DNA of 64,000 nucleotides from Octopus bimaculoides (GCF_001194135.2 NC_068982.1:47440654-47504653); one strand, 5' to 3'; shown: positions 12,828 through 27,965, counted from the stretch's first letter. The notes: generated from the sequence alone by a model not told the origin. Numbers and translations: made by a program.

Positions 12828-15612
12828 CATCTCTTAGAGATCTTCTAAGTAGCCACTTTTCTTAATGGTAGTGTATTTCAACAGAAATATGGTAATAGAA
12901 GGGTTAATGTGACCTTTCTTAAAGATCTGTCACTGAGTGGATATTCAGCCATCTCTAGCAGGCCAAGCAGGACTTTGGCTTGCAAAATTGTTGAAATAGA
13001 GTGGCCAAGGCTATAACTGAAGGAAATTAGAACTATTAGAAAAATAAGTAGTGATGGGACACAATGAAGACAAATAACTCAGTAACATAAAACATTGCAA
13101 GAGAAACAATAAGAGATTTCAATGTATTAAAGTATTTAGATTTGATTTAGCTTTAATATGAGATGAGGATTATTTAGACATTGATTATGCTAACAAGGTT
13201 TCCCAAAGCATTTTTGTAGTCAATTTATCAGCAGATGTGACTACTTTTCATACAATTAGAGTACACTGCAAAAGACTAACAGCCGCTGATTACAATACAC
13301 TCAATGGACAAAAATCTTTACAATAGTCTTTAATTAAGTGTCTAGACATCAGTACTGAAGTCAGTAAATAAGAAAGAAAAAAAACTCAGACCACAAACAT
13401 GTCACTAAAAACAATTGTCATTGGAAATGTGATCACAATTTAATATTTATAACAAACCACAAATTATATTATTTACATAAAGGGTATGACTGATGAAAAA
13501 GCCATTTCTTGAATACGTCAGACATTACCACAATCTCTAAAATAAACCAAGGGGAAAATGTTATGTAATTAAGTTATATTAAAATTTTGCCTCAATTCGT
13601 GTCCAACGCAAAAGAAGAATATTTAATAAGCAAAAGAACATTTAAGTAATGGCTTTTTTCTTTTTTTGAATTCTTTATAAGAAGCTTATAAGAAAAGCAA
13701 CATTACTTTCCAAAGGAAATTTACTGTGATGGAAAGTAGTTTCTTTGACAAATAACTTTTGTCTGATATAGTTAATGTCAAAGTATCTATCCCAAGAGAA
13801 GCAACACATTTGATGTATCACACCACACTAAATAATTCACTCAAACCTTTATACCAAGAACTTTAACATATGGAACACCCCCCTGGTCCAGAAATTTAAG
13901 TTGATCATCAATTACATCAGCTTTATCAGTATGAGATAGCTTATGAAAGCTATAGGTACCTTTATAATTTTACAGAGATACACATAATTGCAAATAGTAA
14001 ACAAGTTATCATCATCAACATCATTTAATGTCCACTTTTCATGCTGGTGTGGGTTGGATGGCTTGACAGGAGCTGGCAAACTGGAGGACTGTGTCAAGCT
14101 CTACTGTCTGTTTTGGCATGGTTTCTACAACTGAATGCCTTTCCTTATGCCAACCACTAAAAAGTTTAAAATGTTTTAAAATCTATATTATCTGTTAACC
14201 ATGCAAAAATACCTCACAATATCTTAGGTAAAAATGAATTTAAATTTCTCATCTTTTGAAAAGTGAAGACTTACAATTCACAAATTAATCAACTACTCTG
14301 AAGTTAATCTTTTATCAAAAGTGAAACTAAAATTTTAAACATATCTGGCAAATCAAAACTAGTGAAAAGCAACTGTGACTAATTCTATAGCCACTTGTTA
14401 CACGCACACACACACACACGTGCACGCACACGCACACACTGTAAAGTTTTCAATTTCAAAAAGATCTACATATTTCTATTTTGAAAATAATCAACAATCT
14501 GAAAATGTTTTAGGATAATAACAGCAAAATTTATTATCCTCATCATCATTGCTATTATTGGTATAATGAACTTTTTATTTTTAGAATAAGATTTCAAATG
14601 TGAACACCTTACAAAATGGATTTCATATTTTTGTTCAAAAGGTTAATCATATAAATGAAAATGTGAGAGAGAAAGAGGGAGGACACTACCAGACCCATGC
14701 TATCAAGCTGTTCTGGATAAAAAGTGATTGTAATTAACTTTTCAGCAATTTAAACAAGCCATATCTGGGCCCAACTGTTTTTACCTGTTTTATGTTCAAA
14801 TCAGACAGATCTAGCCTCTCACACCTACCCTACAATGTCAGTCTAAAAATGAACAATCATATCACAGAAATCCTGGTGCTTATGAGTCAATGCATGATTA
14901 ATTCAAAACAACGTGAATAAATAAACATTACATTTGACAGAATGAGCTGAATGCTAAAGGATTCACTTTCACTACAAGCAAATATTTCATCAAATTAATG
15001 TTAGAGGAGACATCTCTATTTCTAACAGCAAATTGTTGTACAAATAAAGTTATTTTATTCAAGTCATTCCAAATACTAATTTTTACTTTATTTGAAATAC
15101 CATCTGAAAACATCAAGATAAGTATCTTGGATATCTTTGACGACTTTTTAAAAATCACTGATTTTCGAGCATTCGAGTTAAACTTTCCAAACCGAAATTA
15201 ACAGTCAAAAATGGTAGGTTGACATATACATCCATATAGAATGCAGCAGGATTCAAAAACATAGTGACAATGTTTGAATTTTTACACTATATACTATGTC
15301 AACTTGCGTGTAGGAAAATACAATACAAACTGTTCCCAAAAGAGTCCTTATTTCAAAACAAAAACAGTGGACTGGGTTATTAAGGTTGAAGAACACTGTT
15401 ACTCATATATCCAAATAGTTTCATCCATTTCCAAACACTCACCATAAGAGTTCAATCCTAAACTGAAATTTAACCATAACACATAATAGGATCAAGATTT
15501 TAGCATAATCAAATTAAGTCTTGGTAAATTTATAATGGGGGTGGGAGAAAGATCTCATATAAACTCTAAACCAAAGTTGTTTTTCTTTCATGTTGTATTA
15601 ACACGACATAGG

Positions 15613-15958
15613 CAGTGTGGTTTAAAAGCTTACTTCCAAATGGTCTTGGGCTCAGTTACTGCGCAGTATGTTGAGCAAGTGTCTTCTACTATAGCTCAGA
15701 GGTGACCAAAACATTATGAGTGGATTTGGCAGACAGAAACCAAAAGAAGCCTGTTGTTAAATTTATGTATGCATTTGTCATCCACCACCGATTTACAACC
15801 AGCGTTGGTTTACGTAACTGTGACTTAGCAGTTTGGCAAAAGAGACCGATAGGGTAAGTGCCAAGCTTTTAAAAAACAAGTATTAGGGTCAATTTGTTTG
15901 ACTAAACCCTTCAAGGTAGTGCTCCAGCATGGTCACAGCCCACTAACTGAAACAAGTA
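15613..15958 (+). mobile_element. Dominant SINE copy, CpG-decayed
   Basis: Family head and tail recognisable with many TG/CA substitutions. Confidence 0.75.
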
Positions 15959-16777
15959 AAAAGGGAAAACAACCCCCCTCCCCGAAAATGTCATTTCTAA
16001 TGATTTAGAACTTATTAAATGGGATTCAATAGCAAATCTTCATGGCAATAATCTGAAAAACACACTGCTTTAGTTAGTAAAATAACTAGTTTTACGATTT
16101 CAATTTCATCAAAATTAATTTTGAACAAGATAAAATTCATAATCTGCAACAAGTAATATGTTTGAACTGAGTTAAAGAACACTAGTTTCACTGATTTTAA
16201 TTAGTATATGAAAATTCCAAATTCATAAGTGTTAGAACACCTAAAAATTTGTACAAGCTACAAAAACACAGAGACAGGAAATACAACTATGAAACTTGAA
16301 TAGTTGGGAAACATCTATGGTACATAGCTATTTGGCATTTACTTAAAATGACAATGTAATTATCAAATCTAGAATGCTCTACGCTAATTAACTTGCCATA
16401 AGCTATAGGAGGTATGCTTTGACTCAGCATTCAGGGTCTACCACCTTTGTTAGTCAGCAACAAGCAAAGTAAGGACATTTACCAGTCCAATGTTTTGTTG
16501 TCACACCAGTCATGATTTTCTTAGTTCGTCATACAAATGTCAACTGTTCCTTGCAGACAAAGCTGTCACATTGGCTAACAGCTCAAAATGAATTACTTCA
16601 CCACTTTAAGTAGTTGCATTTCGCATTACAAACTTTTTTCCTAATTTCAAAAACCATCTTTATCACTTGGATTAAAGTGCCTCTAATCCTGGTTTAATAT
16701 TTGCTAATACCGAAAAAAAAAAATAAATAAAGTCATGAGATATGTTAACAAGCCAACTCATTAGTTATATATTCTAA

Positions 16778-16972
16778 CCCTTTAGCATTTAAACTGGCCA
16801 TATCTGGCAAAATATTCTACGTGTTTTATGTTCAAAACAGCCAGATCAGGTCTTTCTAAAAATAAACAATTACATCATTGAAATCTTCAAGCTACAAGAT
16901 AATACATGTTTAATTCAAAACAATGTGAATAAATAAGCATTACATTTGACAGAATAATCTGATGTTAAAGGG
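16778..16972. mobile_element. TTAA-type MITE, CCCTTTAGCATT family
   Basis: CCCTTTAGCATT...AAAGGG|TTAA; related copies at ~14755-14962, 19306-19514, 21773-21941, 22538-22756, 26628-26833, 30095-30313 and 53310-53529. Confidence 0.8.
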
Positions 16973-18639
16973 TTAAAATGAACCCCCAAAATACAAAAGC
17001 CCTAATCGCCTTCCCAAATTTAATGATATGGCAGAATTGCTTTACTGCTTCCTATGAGTCAGACTGCCAAGAAGCTATCCCATGCTTCACAGAAATGTAG
17101 AAGTGTCTCTTGCTTCTCTGCTTCTATTGCATTACACAAAAAAGAACAAGAACTTGTAATTCGTTTAAGCTATTACTTTACTCAACAGCTTAGATAGTGC
17201 TATTACCAATATACTAATTAATATTCAGATTTCAGTATTTCACAACATGGGTTGGGTAGTTTTCTAAAGCTGATTATTTATCATGACTTGAGAAAGCTAA
17301 GTATTTTTAGAGGTGAACATCCTAAAACAACAGTGTGGATAGGTTACAACTTACTATCTTTCAGCTGATTTGCAATATCACCAAGTAGAACAAGAAAAAT
17401 CCAATAGAAGAAAAAAAAAAAAATTGAACTCCCGATTGTGTACTTTGACCCTAATTAGTTTGAATTGCCTCTTCAAAGAAGGGATTCTACATTCAAAGCA
17501 TTCCTAGTAAACAAACGAACACAAAATGTATCTTCTTGGTGAAGGATACTTCCAATTTAGTAATCATGAAAATGACTTCAACAAAGCTTCAAGTACAACA
17601 GATTGCAGTAATATTTAACAAGACAATTAGATGAACAAAACAGGATTCACATCAATATAAGCATATATATGGAATTTAAATATTGATTTATTTTACTACA
17701 CTGATTAAATAACTAAAATTACCTTTCAAATAATTATTATAGCTATAAGACAAAATGTTACTAAACATATTTAAAAATCTCAAAATATTCACAAATTTTT
17801 ATGAAGCATTGCAAATGTTTGAGTAAATGACTTATTTAGGCACACAGAGAAAGAAAGAAAAGAAAAAAAAGCTTAAACTAAATCAAGACAATAGTGATTC
17901 AATAGTTACCCATTCAGTTATCATTTGATAATGTTTTACATTTACACCTTTATGTTTGAACATTTTTTTTATTACAAAACAAAGAATCCATAAAAATGAA
18001 AGTAAGCACAAAGTGAGATGAAACATCTATTTTAGCTTTGTACATGAAAACCAATCACCTGCAAAAGGCCTAATTTGAATTATTCAAGGTACACTTAAGA
18101 AGGTTGCTGATTGCCCAGATAATCCTGTGAGCAGAGTTGGTTCTGTGATCTGATAGTCAAATACCACAACCTTGGACAATGGAAGGTAGCAGGTAGAGTA
18201 TCTAACTGGCAAGAAAAAGGAGCTATGGTGGAAACCATAACGAAAGGATGATAGATTTTTAACCAACACTACTGACCCATCAAAGAGGAACAATTCAGCT
18301 GAAACATCCAAATGAATGCTTAACACCTCCAGGCCAATGCTACATTCACCATATGTAAATAAAAAGAAAGTGTCTTTAGATGCAATTATTCTCAAGCCAA
18401 AAGTGTGTTTTGACTTTTTAGCAATGTTTATTCCCATTTGCTTTGAATTAATTATGCATTATACCATACCTTCAAGATTTCAATGATGTTATTGTATATA
18501 CACACAATGGGCTTCCATCAGTTTCTGTTGATCAAATCCACTCACAAGGCTTTGGTCAGCTAGCAACAGAAGACACTTGCCAAAGGTGCCACGCAGTGGA
18601 ACTGAATCTAGAACCATATTTATGTAGGGCACTCCAGTT

Positions 18640-18930
18640 GTAGTGATAAGTGCTCCAGTTGATTTGACCAACAGAACAGCCTGCTTGTGAAATTAATGTG
18701 CGAGTGGCTGAGCACTCCACAGTCGTGTACCCTAGTATAGTTCTCAGAGATTCAGCATGAGAAACTGAATGTGACAAGGCTGGTCCATTACTGAACTACA
18801 GATACAACTCATTTTTGCCAGCTGAGGAAACTGAAGTAACGTGGAATAAATTGTCTTGCTCAAAGACAAATGAAATTCACAACTTCACGATCAGGAGCCA
18901 AGATACACTAACCATTAATCCATGCACCTT
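18640..18930 (-). mobile_element. Second tRNA-headed SINE family
   Basis: Reverse complement reads ..GATTAATGGTTAG..TCTTGAGCAAGACA..CAGCTGGCAAAAATGAGT; relatives at ~8560-8700 (-) and ~55555-55740 (+). Confidence 0.6.
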
Positions 18931-18951
18931 CACATATATATCCACACATAA

Positions 18952-18992
<41 letters not shown>

Positions 18993-19215
18993 NNNNNNNN
19001 NNNNNNNNNNNNNNNNNNNNNNNNNNNNNNNNNNNNNNNNNNNNNNNNNNNNNNNNNNNNNNNNNNNNNNNNNNNNNNNNNNNNNNNNNNNNNNNNNNNN
19101 NNNNNNNNNNNNNNNNNNNNNNNNNNNNNNNNNNNNNNNNNNNNNNNNNNNNNNNNNNNNNNNNNNNNNNNNNNNNNNNNNNNNNNNNNNNNNNNNNNNN
19201 NNNNNNNNNNNNNNN
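18993..19215. other. Assembly gap (other gaps: 20897-20996, 48150-48173, 56562-56934, 62753-63023)
   Basis: N runs, each adjoining a dinucleotide microsatellite. Confidence 0.99.
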
Positions 19216-19257
<42 letters not shown>

Positions 19258-19305
19258 TAAGAGAGAGAGAGAGAGAGAGAAAGAGATATGCAAGTATATA
19301 ACTAA

Positions 19306-19514
19306 CCCTTTAGCTTTCAAATTAGTCTGTCAAATGTAATATTTATTCACTGCTTTGAATTAATCAAGAATTATCTTGTATAACAGCAAGAATTCAATGA
19401 TATGACAATTTTTAAAACATTGTTGCATAGGTGTGAGAAGCAAGATCTGATCAGTTTGAACATAAAATAGGTAGATTATTTGGGTCAAATATGGCCAGTT
19501 TAAATGCTAAAAGG
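19306..19514. mobile_element. TTAA-type MITE copy
   Basis: CCCTTTAGC...GCTAAAAGG|TTAA. Confidence 0.75.
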
Positions 19515-19549
19515 TTAAAATATTAATTTGTCCTCAGTTACTTAGAGAA

Positions 19550-19802
19550 TCTCTGGAAAACAACTGCATCACAGATGAGTTTATCCTCTTGATCTCAGGA
19601 GTGCATGACTAAATGAACAAAGGTGTCTTCTGAGCAAGAGTTGTAAAAGAGAATCAATCCAATAACAGTGATGAACTTTGGAGTTTGATACAAGTTTCAA
19701 GTGCAAAAAAGAGAAACTGCAGTCAAATATTTCCAGTAAATTTTCAGCTCTCACTGGCCATGTCTCATAATTAGAAGACGCAAACTTTAGTGGATACAAC
19801 AA
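19550..19802 (-). mobile_element. RTE LINE C-terminal remnant
   Basis: YETWPVRAENLLEIFD resembles the post-RT ETW.L....RL..FD motif. Confidence 0.55.
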
Positions 19803-21309
19803 TCGCCATCCTAAAAGGAAAGTGATTATGAAGATGACAATGTGCTATGTTCATTGTTGATGTGGCTAACACTATGTTTTACCTTGGTCTGTGGCAGTGA
19901 AGGGATCACTAAGACAAATGACTGACAAAATGTCAGAGGATACAATTAATATCTTAATCAAGATTGTCATGCCAACATGTGACACGTACAGTGAGGCATT
20001 CAACAACTGATTTAACATCCATTTAACTTATGGCAAATTATTACATGGTCATCTGCACTTCAAACCAGTCAATAGAATACTTTTCATATTTCTCATCTTG
20101 TCATTTCCCAGCATAACACTGCCCTACTGAAGGTTAGTAGTCTTGCAAATTGCATGGTGGTCTCACTAGTGAAAATGGTACAAAAAAAAAAAAAAAAAAA
20201 AAAAAAAAGCACCCAGTATGCACTGTGAATTGGTTGGCATTAAAGAAGGGCATCCAACCATACAAACCATGCTAAAGTAGACCCTGGAGTATGCAGTCCT
20301 TGAGTTCCTAGATCTTGTCAAACCATCCAACCATAGAAACCATGCCAAAACAAATGGAGTCTGGGCAGCCCTGTCAAGATGGCCAATTGCCAAACTGTCC
20401 AACCCATATTTGTATGGAGAATGAACATTAAAATGATACTGATCACACATATACACACATTTTTTCAGCAGAAGTTACGTACATCACATTTATCAAATGA
20501 AACTCTCAATCTTTGAGTCAGTATCTGTCAAATAAAATAAAAAGAAAATTTAAAAAAAAAAAGCACATGTTTGCAAACTCTTTACCTTGTTTGCACAACA
20601 AACCTGTTTATATAAGTGTATGCATGTACACACAAGTATGTACACATTTATACACCAAATTAAGCATTTGCATATGTACACAAACCTGTTAAACAGTGAA
20701 AGCTGCTCATAATCATTAGTAATATTATCAAATAGTTGTTGCTATCAAAATTAGCGTTCCAAATTTAAAAATGAACTATCAGCCAGTAATTATTATCAAA
20801 AAGGCTTCGTCAACATTATCACAATAAATGGCTTCCAATGTATATGTATATATATATCTGCAGTGGAAGCTATTTATGATGGTGTGTATGCACACANNNN
20901 NNNNNNNNNNNNNNNNNNNNNNNNNNNNNNNNNNNNNNNNNNNNNNNNNNNNNNNNNNNNNNNNNNNNNNNNNNNNNNNNNNNNNNNNNNNNNNNNATAT
21001 ATATATATATATATTATGTACATACATAAACCTATATGTATATTTCTATATGCATATTACATGTACACATATAAAAGTTATATGGAATATATACTGTGAT
21101 TAAGAAATGTGCTTCCTACCCACATGGTTTTGAGTTCAATCTTCTTGTGTGGCACCATGGGTGTCTTTTACTATAATGCCAGGCTACACAAAACCAAGTA
21201 GTGAATTTGGCACATTATATACACATACGGACACATATGGTGAGTGTTGTCCTACAATGCTTTGCCATGAAAAGGCAAATACATATGGCATATGTTTTGA
21301 TTTGGTAGT

Positions 21310-21700
21310 TGCATATGAGTGCATGGTATCAAAGCTGTATAAATGTAGGTTTTTCTTGTTGAAGCATGCAAGTATAATGTAGGACAAGTATAACCTTATG
21401 AGCATTGAAAATGGTTATATTCTTGCATACTTGGTAAGTGTTGCCTAATAGGAAATCTCTAGTTATATTCGAGATATCTACTTTGAATGGAAGATTGAAC
21501 CAAGTTATTTTTCTCTTCTGAACTATCTTTTGTGGGTAGAGGATCCGCCATATACATTAATTTGTTAAAAACCACTGTTCTAATCGTTCTTTATAACAGG
21601 GTCCATGTCTACTGAAGAAATCTCTTTCCTATATGAATATAGGTTAGTGTCTCTTCTACAATGTTTCATAATAGTGAATGGTAAGAATTCCTGTGTGTAC
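21310..21700 (-). mobile_element. Penelope-like retroelement remnant (RT thumb/linker region)
   Basis: KRKITWFNLPF...DFL...IFN....LHYTCM matches the Penelope RKIIWFNPPF...FL...KIFN...SYSCM motif. Confidence 0.7.
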
Positions 21701-23289
21701 ATGTGTAAATACATTATATACATACATACATACAGTCATCTCAGACCTTCTGTATGGTATTTTCCTATTCAACCCTTTAGCATTCAGGTTATTTTGTCAT
21801 ATGTAATACTTATTCACAGTGTTTCGAATTGATCATGCATATTATCTTGTAGTTTCAAATTTTGATCGTGTGTTTGTTTATTTTTACGACATTGTAGGAT
21901 AGGTGTGAGAAGCCTGATCCGACTGGTTTAATGCTAAAGGGTTAAAGTCTAATGTTCCAAAAGCTAACTGTATTTACAGTGCCGATGTCAAATTCCCTTA
22001 AGATTCTTATAAAGTTCTTAAATTCATTCACACTGTGGGTATTTATGTTACTTCAAATTATTGACATGTCATGCCTCTGCAAAGCCTGGGCTGTTGGGGG
22101 GGGGGGGTGTATACTTCCTAAGAATATCTAACAAATACTCCAATGAAATTGGCAAACTCCATTGTATTTCTTGTGGAGATAGCAATGTTGTTGCTTTCCT
22201 TTTTAATCCAGGAATCATCAATGCACAAGAATAACTTAACTTTCATAATTATTCCTAAAGCTGAGTAATTTTAATACGGAACAGTTAAAGTGTACAAAAT
22301 AATACCAGGTAAATTTGCAAGGCTGCCATATTCTGGACACTGCAAAACCAGTTGATAGCAGTGAGCCTTAAGTTCCATTGACCTAATCCAGTACCTCTTG
22401 GTATCAGACCCCGACAACATCAAGGATGTGCTTCTTGTGCCCATTTTACTTTAAGAAGAATTAATTAGCTTGCATTAAGGGTTGGAAAGTAAATTTGATA
22501 TGGAAGCAGCAGCTTTGGCAATGCAATCCCACACTATCTTTAGCATTCAGATTTCTCTGTCAAATGTAATGCTTGTTTATTCATATTGCTTTGAATTAAT
22601 CATGAAATACCTCGTAGCTTTGAGATTTCAATGATGTGATTATTCTTATAATAATTATAGTAGGATAACTGGGGTGGTGGTGGCATATCTGGCTAGTTTG
22701 AACATAAAACAAGTAGATAATTTTGGCTGGATATGACCAGTTTAAATGCTAAAGGGTTAAACAGCAAATTTCCTTCACATGTTATTTCATGCGTATGTAC
22801 TAGTGAAGCTGTTAGTTGTGTATAGCAGGACTTGCCTTATGTCTTGTTTTATCAGCAAAATGTGTACTTTCAGTGAGTGTTAGAAAGAAAGATCTATAAA
22901 GTGTTTAACTGGAAAGATTTCAACTTCATTCCTACTGCCAAGAATGGGGCTAACTGCAGTCATTAGCTGTGAATACCAACCATAACCTCTACTTCCATAT
23001 CATCATCATTTAACATCCATTGTCCATGCTGGCATGGGTTGGGTGGTTTCACAAGGACTAGCAAGCTGGGGGATGGGGACTGCATCAGACTCCAGTCTGA
23101 TTTAGCGTGGTTTCTATAGCTGGATGCCCTTCTTATCACCAACCACTTTACAGAGTGTGCTGGGCGCTTTTAAAACAAGTTAACAAGAATCCAAATGATT
23201 GAAAGTTTCTCTCACTTTCATGTAACCTCAAATGCAATTTTGAAAAACTATTAATACAAAATATTAACTTTTACTCAGTACTTTTTCCC

Positions 23290-23470
23290 CAATCTTTCCA
23301 AACCTGTCTTTAGCTTTTACACTATCTTCTGTACTATTCCACCACCATATTATCTTCCAAATAGTTGGGATCTTTCAGAGATCTTGTCCAATTCTTGTTA
23401 CTTATTGAATGCCAATTACTTCATCCATTTCTCTGCCAATAACATTCCTACTCCACCAAACCCAATGCTA
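23290..23470 (-). mobile_element. RTE LINE endonuclease remnant
   Basis: YKFFWI...GVGMLLAEKWMK* on the minus strand. Confidence 0.65.
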
Positions 23471-25019
23471 TCCAGAAGAATTTGTACCTGTTGAGAGATT
23501 GACTTAGATGGATAGGTTTCCACTTGATCCATATCATTAGCAAGTACAGTACTAACATTGTGTTAATTCTGTTTATGCTATTTGGGCTCTCCATTGTATT
23601 TGTGACTAAACAATTTTGGAATGGATTTGAGGGAGATTTGGTTGCTATTTCTAACAGGATTTTTTTTCATTCTGTCTGACATTGTTCAACTATTTTGATA
23701 CCAAATTACCTTGTATCCTGCACCACTGCTTGACAACCAGTACTGATGTGTTTACGTCCCCATAATTTAGCAGATCAACAATAGAGACTGATAAAATAAC
23801 TAACCCACTCTTCCCATAACCAGCCACTTGACAGCATGGAGTGAGCACATTTTATCATGCTATTAGGATTATAGACAATCATTCATCGAGACTAAAATGA
23901 TTATAAATATTAATATTCAGATTCCGTTTGCCTTTTATTATTTAGAAATAGATAATGCTTTACTCTGACAACAAAAATAAAAAAAAAATTAAAAAATTCA
24001 ATGTCAACAACATGATTACAAAAGGAATTATTTTAAGACTAAGGTGGAACCTGATATCTGTCAGTAGTAGAGATTGCAACAGGTAAGAAAAAGCAGATAA
24101 TGTTGGTGCTTCTAGTTTTAAGCTATGGCTAAATTCAGTATTTATGATGAACTGATTAAACACCCAGCTATTTAGAGTGTAGAAAAGCACATGACTGAAT
24201 AAATATTCTTATAAAGAATGTGGTAGCTATAAGGATTAAAACTACTTGCTATCAATAAGATTAAAAAAGCTCTAGACAAGCTAAAATCTGATATAAATAA
24301 CAACTGCACAGTTGTGTGAAATAACAGGAGTTAGTAGTATACACTAGAAGAGTCAAGAAGACTTTATTTTTGACTTTCAATTGAGCAAACAAGCAAAGTT
24401 AGGTAACAACAGCAATTGTTATAAAAGAAATGACAAATTCTAAACTATGGCTGTGTATCAATAGTTCACATTATTTCTCAAGCCAGATTTACTTTAAAAT
24501 ATAAATAAAACATCATTTAATTAAATTAAAATACTATTCCATCTGTGAGCTTATAAACCCAAACTGCCCACAAGATTTATCAGCACTATATATTACAAAC
24601 AGAGAAACTCAATATAATAGCTACTGTCAACCTAATAAAAGAATTTTACAGATTTTCATAAAATATGTTGGAAAAGCAAAATAGTATTTTTATACACTTA
24701 TAAAAACATGCCTAAATATGGATCTTTCAAACACAAACAATACAAAACTGAGAACAAAGGAGTTGCATTCTTTAGCATTTATACATAATAGGTTTCTTAT
24801 ATCACAATTACATATACACATTCGCACGCACACACTTGCACAAAATACATAGATACACATGTATTAAAGATCTATGATAAAGCAGTTCAACCACAGCTTT
24901 TTAGAAAGGCTTCACTGTAAAACTAAACAGATGTAAATAGAACTTTGTATTCTTTTCACAGATTGCTCTAACAGGTTTCCCAGTTTGTTATCACTCAGCA
25001 AACAAGTACATATACATGC

Positions 25020-25022
<3 letters not shown>

Positions 25023-25068
<46 letters not shown>
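25023..25068. repeat. (TG)n microsatellite; one of dozens of (TA)n, (CA)n and (GA)n tracts
   Basis: Direct reading of the sequence. Confidence 0.95.
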
Positions 25069-25070
<2 letters not shown>

Positions 25071-27119
25071 TTAATTTCCCTTGCATACCACACCTTGCTC
25101 AGTTTTCAAACTAAGACCTATTTTATGTTGCCTGACAATTATATATGCCATCACTTGAAACAACTTCTCCTATGGAAATTCACAGCCAATGTTTAAAATG
25201 AAACAGCAAACTTGACTTTTCTACAATGGCTGTCAGTCTCAACTTACTCCTGTGTGAATATTATTATTTACAGACAATCCGACCCCTCTTCAACATAGTA
25301 TAGCATAAATTTGCACAAGCTTACCTACTCATTCAAACTACTAAATATTTTCACACTAACAACTACCTAATGCTACTTGCTATTCTCCATAAACGAAGTC
25401 TTGTAGTTTAACTTTCTCTTAGTCATAGGTCTTGAGATGGCAACGCTTACACTAAAATTACACAAAAGATTGTAACACATGTTAATCATTAACAAATTAT
25501 CATTAATCAAGAGTGGAATACAAATGCAGGTAGGTAAACAATTGAACAGGTTCCAAAATTTCCCTATAAAATCTTGATTCACAATCTGCTAAAACTTTGC
25601 AAACTACCTTTCAAGTCATGATACTTTCAGAATTTTTAATTTCCTGAATGGTGTACCACATATATATTCTCACTCTTTCTTTTCATCCTTCACTTCATTA
25701 ACCATTACACACTATGGGGTAGAGGTGTGATACCATACAGAAAGATATCCTCACATCTTCCTATTCTCAAGGTATCTCTACACTACTTTAACTCAAATTA
25801 CCTAAAAACCTAGCTCCAGAACAACAGACAAAAAAAGTAGTAATTACCAAATTAGTCCCTTTTAATTAGCTAGAAAACAAATTTTTAAAATCAAATACTG
25901 CTGTTTTATCCAAACAATACACACAATACCTTTGTAAAAGACATGAAAAGACATTATAGAAAAACAAAATTTCACAACCATGTTCTGAAAACACACAGGT
26001 TCCATGTTTAGAAAACATGGATGAAACGACAATGGTTTACAGACAATACATTAGATCAGTCTTAGACTTAGCCAATCTTACAGATTTTTATATCTTCACA
26101 ATGTACACACACCAACTACACAATGAAAGATTGCCTGAACATGGGAGGGCACACGTTCTGGTGGTCTTCCACTTTTAGCCTATTTCCACAAGCAAGCAAG
26201 CACCCAGTCACATATACCAAAACCAAAAACAACAGGATCTGAAAATCACTCACCCACTCAATCCAAACAAGCATAAAAAAAAAAAATTCAGAAATAGCTG
26301 CTGTAGTTAAGAACAGCTTCATGAGCTCAAAAAACTGTAATAAGATTCACACAACTAACAATTAGTGTAGAAGAACAGCAACTATTATGTTTTGAACAAG
26401 TCCATCTTGCCTACCTTCACTGTGGCCACCACCATACTGGACAGCAGAGAGTGCAACACATCTAGGCTGTCACATTGCCCCCATTGATCCATCACCACAA
26501 GGTGGATTGCACATTATGGTATTCAGCCAAAGAGAGGTATGATATTAAAATTAGAGGATGACTGAATATATACCATAGAACTGTTTTATCATGGCTGACA
26601 ACAAAAGCCCTAAACACATTCAAGTTAGCCCTTTAGCATTCAGATTTTCTGTCATATGTAATACTTATTCACATAAATTTCACTTAATCATGCATTATTT
26701 CATAACTTCAAGATTTTGATGATAGTTTATTTTTAGAATCACAGAGTATGTTTGAGAAGCCAGATCTAACTGGTTTGAACTTAAAACAGGTAGAATGTAT
26801 GAGCTGGATATGGCTGGTTTAAAACCTAAAGAGTTAAGCATTATAACAAAATTAGAGTGTGTTTAGGATTTAAACGTGAATCTTGCCGAAACAAGAAAAT
26901 AATTCAGTTACTTTAATATAAGGAATTATATCCAGGATGTTAGAAAGTATTCTTAAATGGCTAAACATCCATTCATCAGTTTTGTCCTTGATAAAAGAGG
27001 TCAAGAAAGTTCAGTTCAGTAAATTCAAATATTCGATTCATTTGTTGAGGTATATATTTCACAAATGGGCATATTTATCAAAAACATTTTACAAATGAAT
27101 ATATCTATGTAAAGCCATC

Positions 27120-27549
27120 AACCTGAGTATGGTCATGGCAGGGAAAATACAAAGGGTTATTTCTGCTGACAAAACACTTAAAGCGAGGCAGACATATGCA
27201 ATACAAAATGTGAGATATGGATGCTGATAGTGGAGGATATACAAAGACTGGAAAATAATGGGGTCAGTACACCTTGGTGTACAATTTCAGCATGAATGAA
27301 CAACTAAGCACAAGCTTGTTGAGAGAAACTAGGCATCAAAAGTATCTGCTGAAACGGCATTATGTCAACACAAATTGATAGACATAAGAATACTGAATAA
27401 AGCAAGTACAAGACTGGGGAAGAGGAAGACCAAATACAACATGGCCAGAAGTAGTATGACTTGATCTTAGATTGCTGAACTTCATAAAGGAGACAACAAA
27501 CAGCAACAAGTAGAGATGCAGCACTGAAACTCATCCAACTCAAAACGGC

Positions 27550-27586
<37 letters not shown>
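27120..27586 (+). mobile_element. RTE LINE 3' end remnant followed by a poly-A run
   Basis: EKLGIKSI...RGRPNTTWPEVV*LDLRLL resembles the RTE C-terminus (RGRPRKTW..VV..DL). Confidence 0.7.
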
Positions 27587-27591
<5 letters not shown>

Positions 27592-27679
27592 TCTTCAAGC
27601 AAAAGAATGCTTTCAGGATTTGACTTCATAACCTTTCAAGACACTAAAGCCTGTTAATATCCCAGAGTCTATACAAGCG

Positions 27680-27965
27680 TGGAGGTGTGGTAAGAAGTTT
27701 GCTTCCTAACCACAGTATGTGGCACCTTGGGTAAGTACCTACTATAGCTTTGAGCTGACCAAAGCCTTGTGAGTGGATTTGGTAGGCAGAAACTGAAAGA
27801 AGCCCACTGTGTCCCACCACCACCTGACAACCAATGTTGATGTGTTCAAATCCCTGTAATTTAACAGTCCAGTAAAAGAGACTGATAGAATCAATAGCAG
27901 GCTTTAAAAAAAAAAAAACTCAAGGTTATGCCCCAGCATGGCCACAGTCTTATGACAAACAAAGT
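27680..27965 (+). mobile_element. Dominant SINE copy, CpG-decayed
   Basis: GTGTGGTAAGAAGTTTGCTTCC...CCAGCATGGCCACAGTC. Confidence 0.75.

Noticed and set aside
18084-18437. 117-aa minus-strand ORF (also 41003-41299)
   Set aside because: No recognisable homology; composition typical of an off-frame read of non-coding or decayed repeat DNA.
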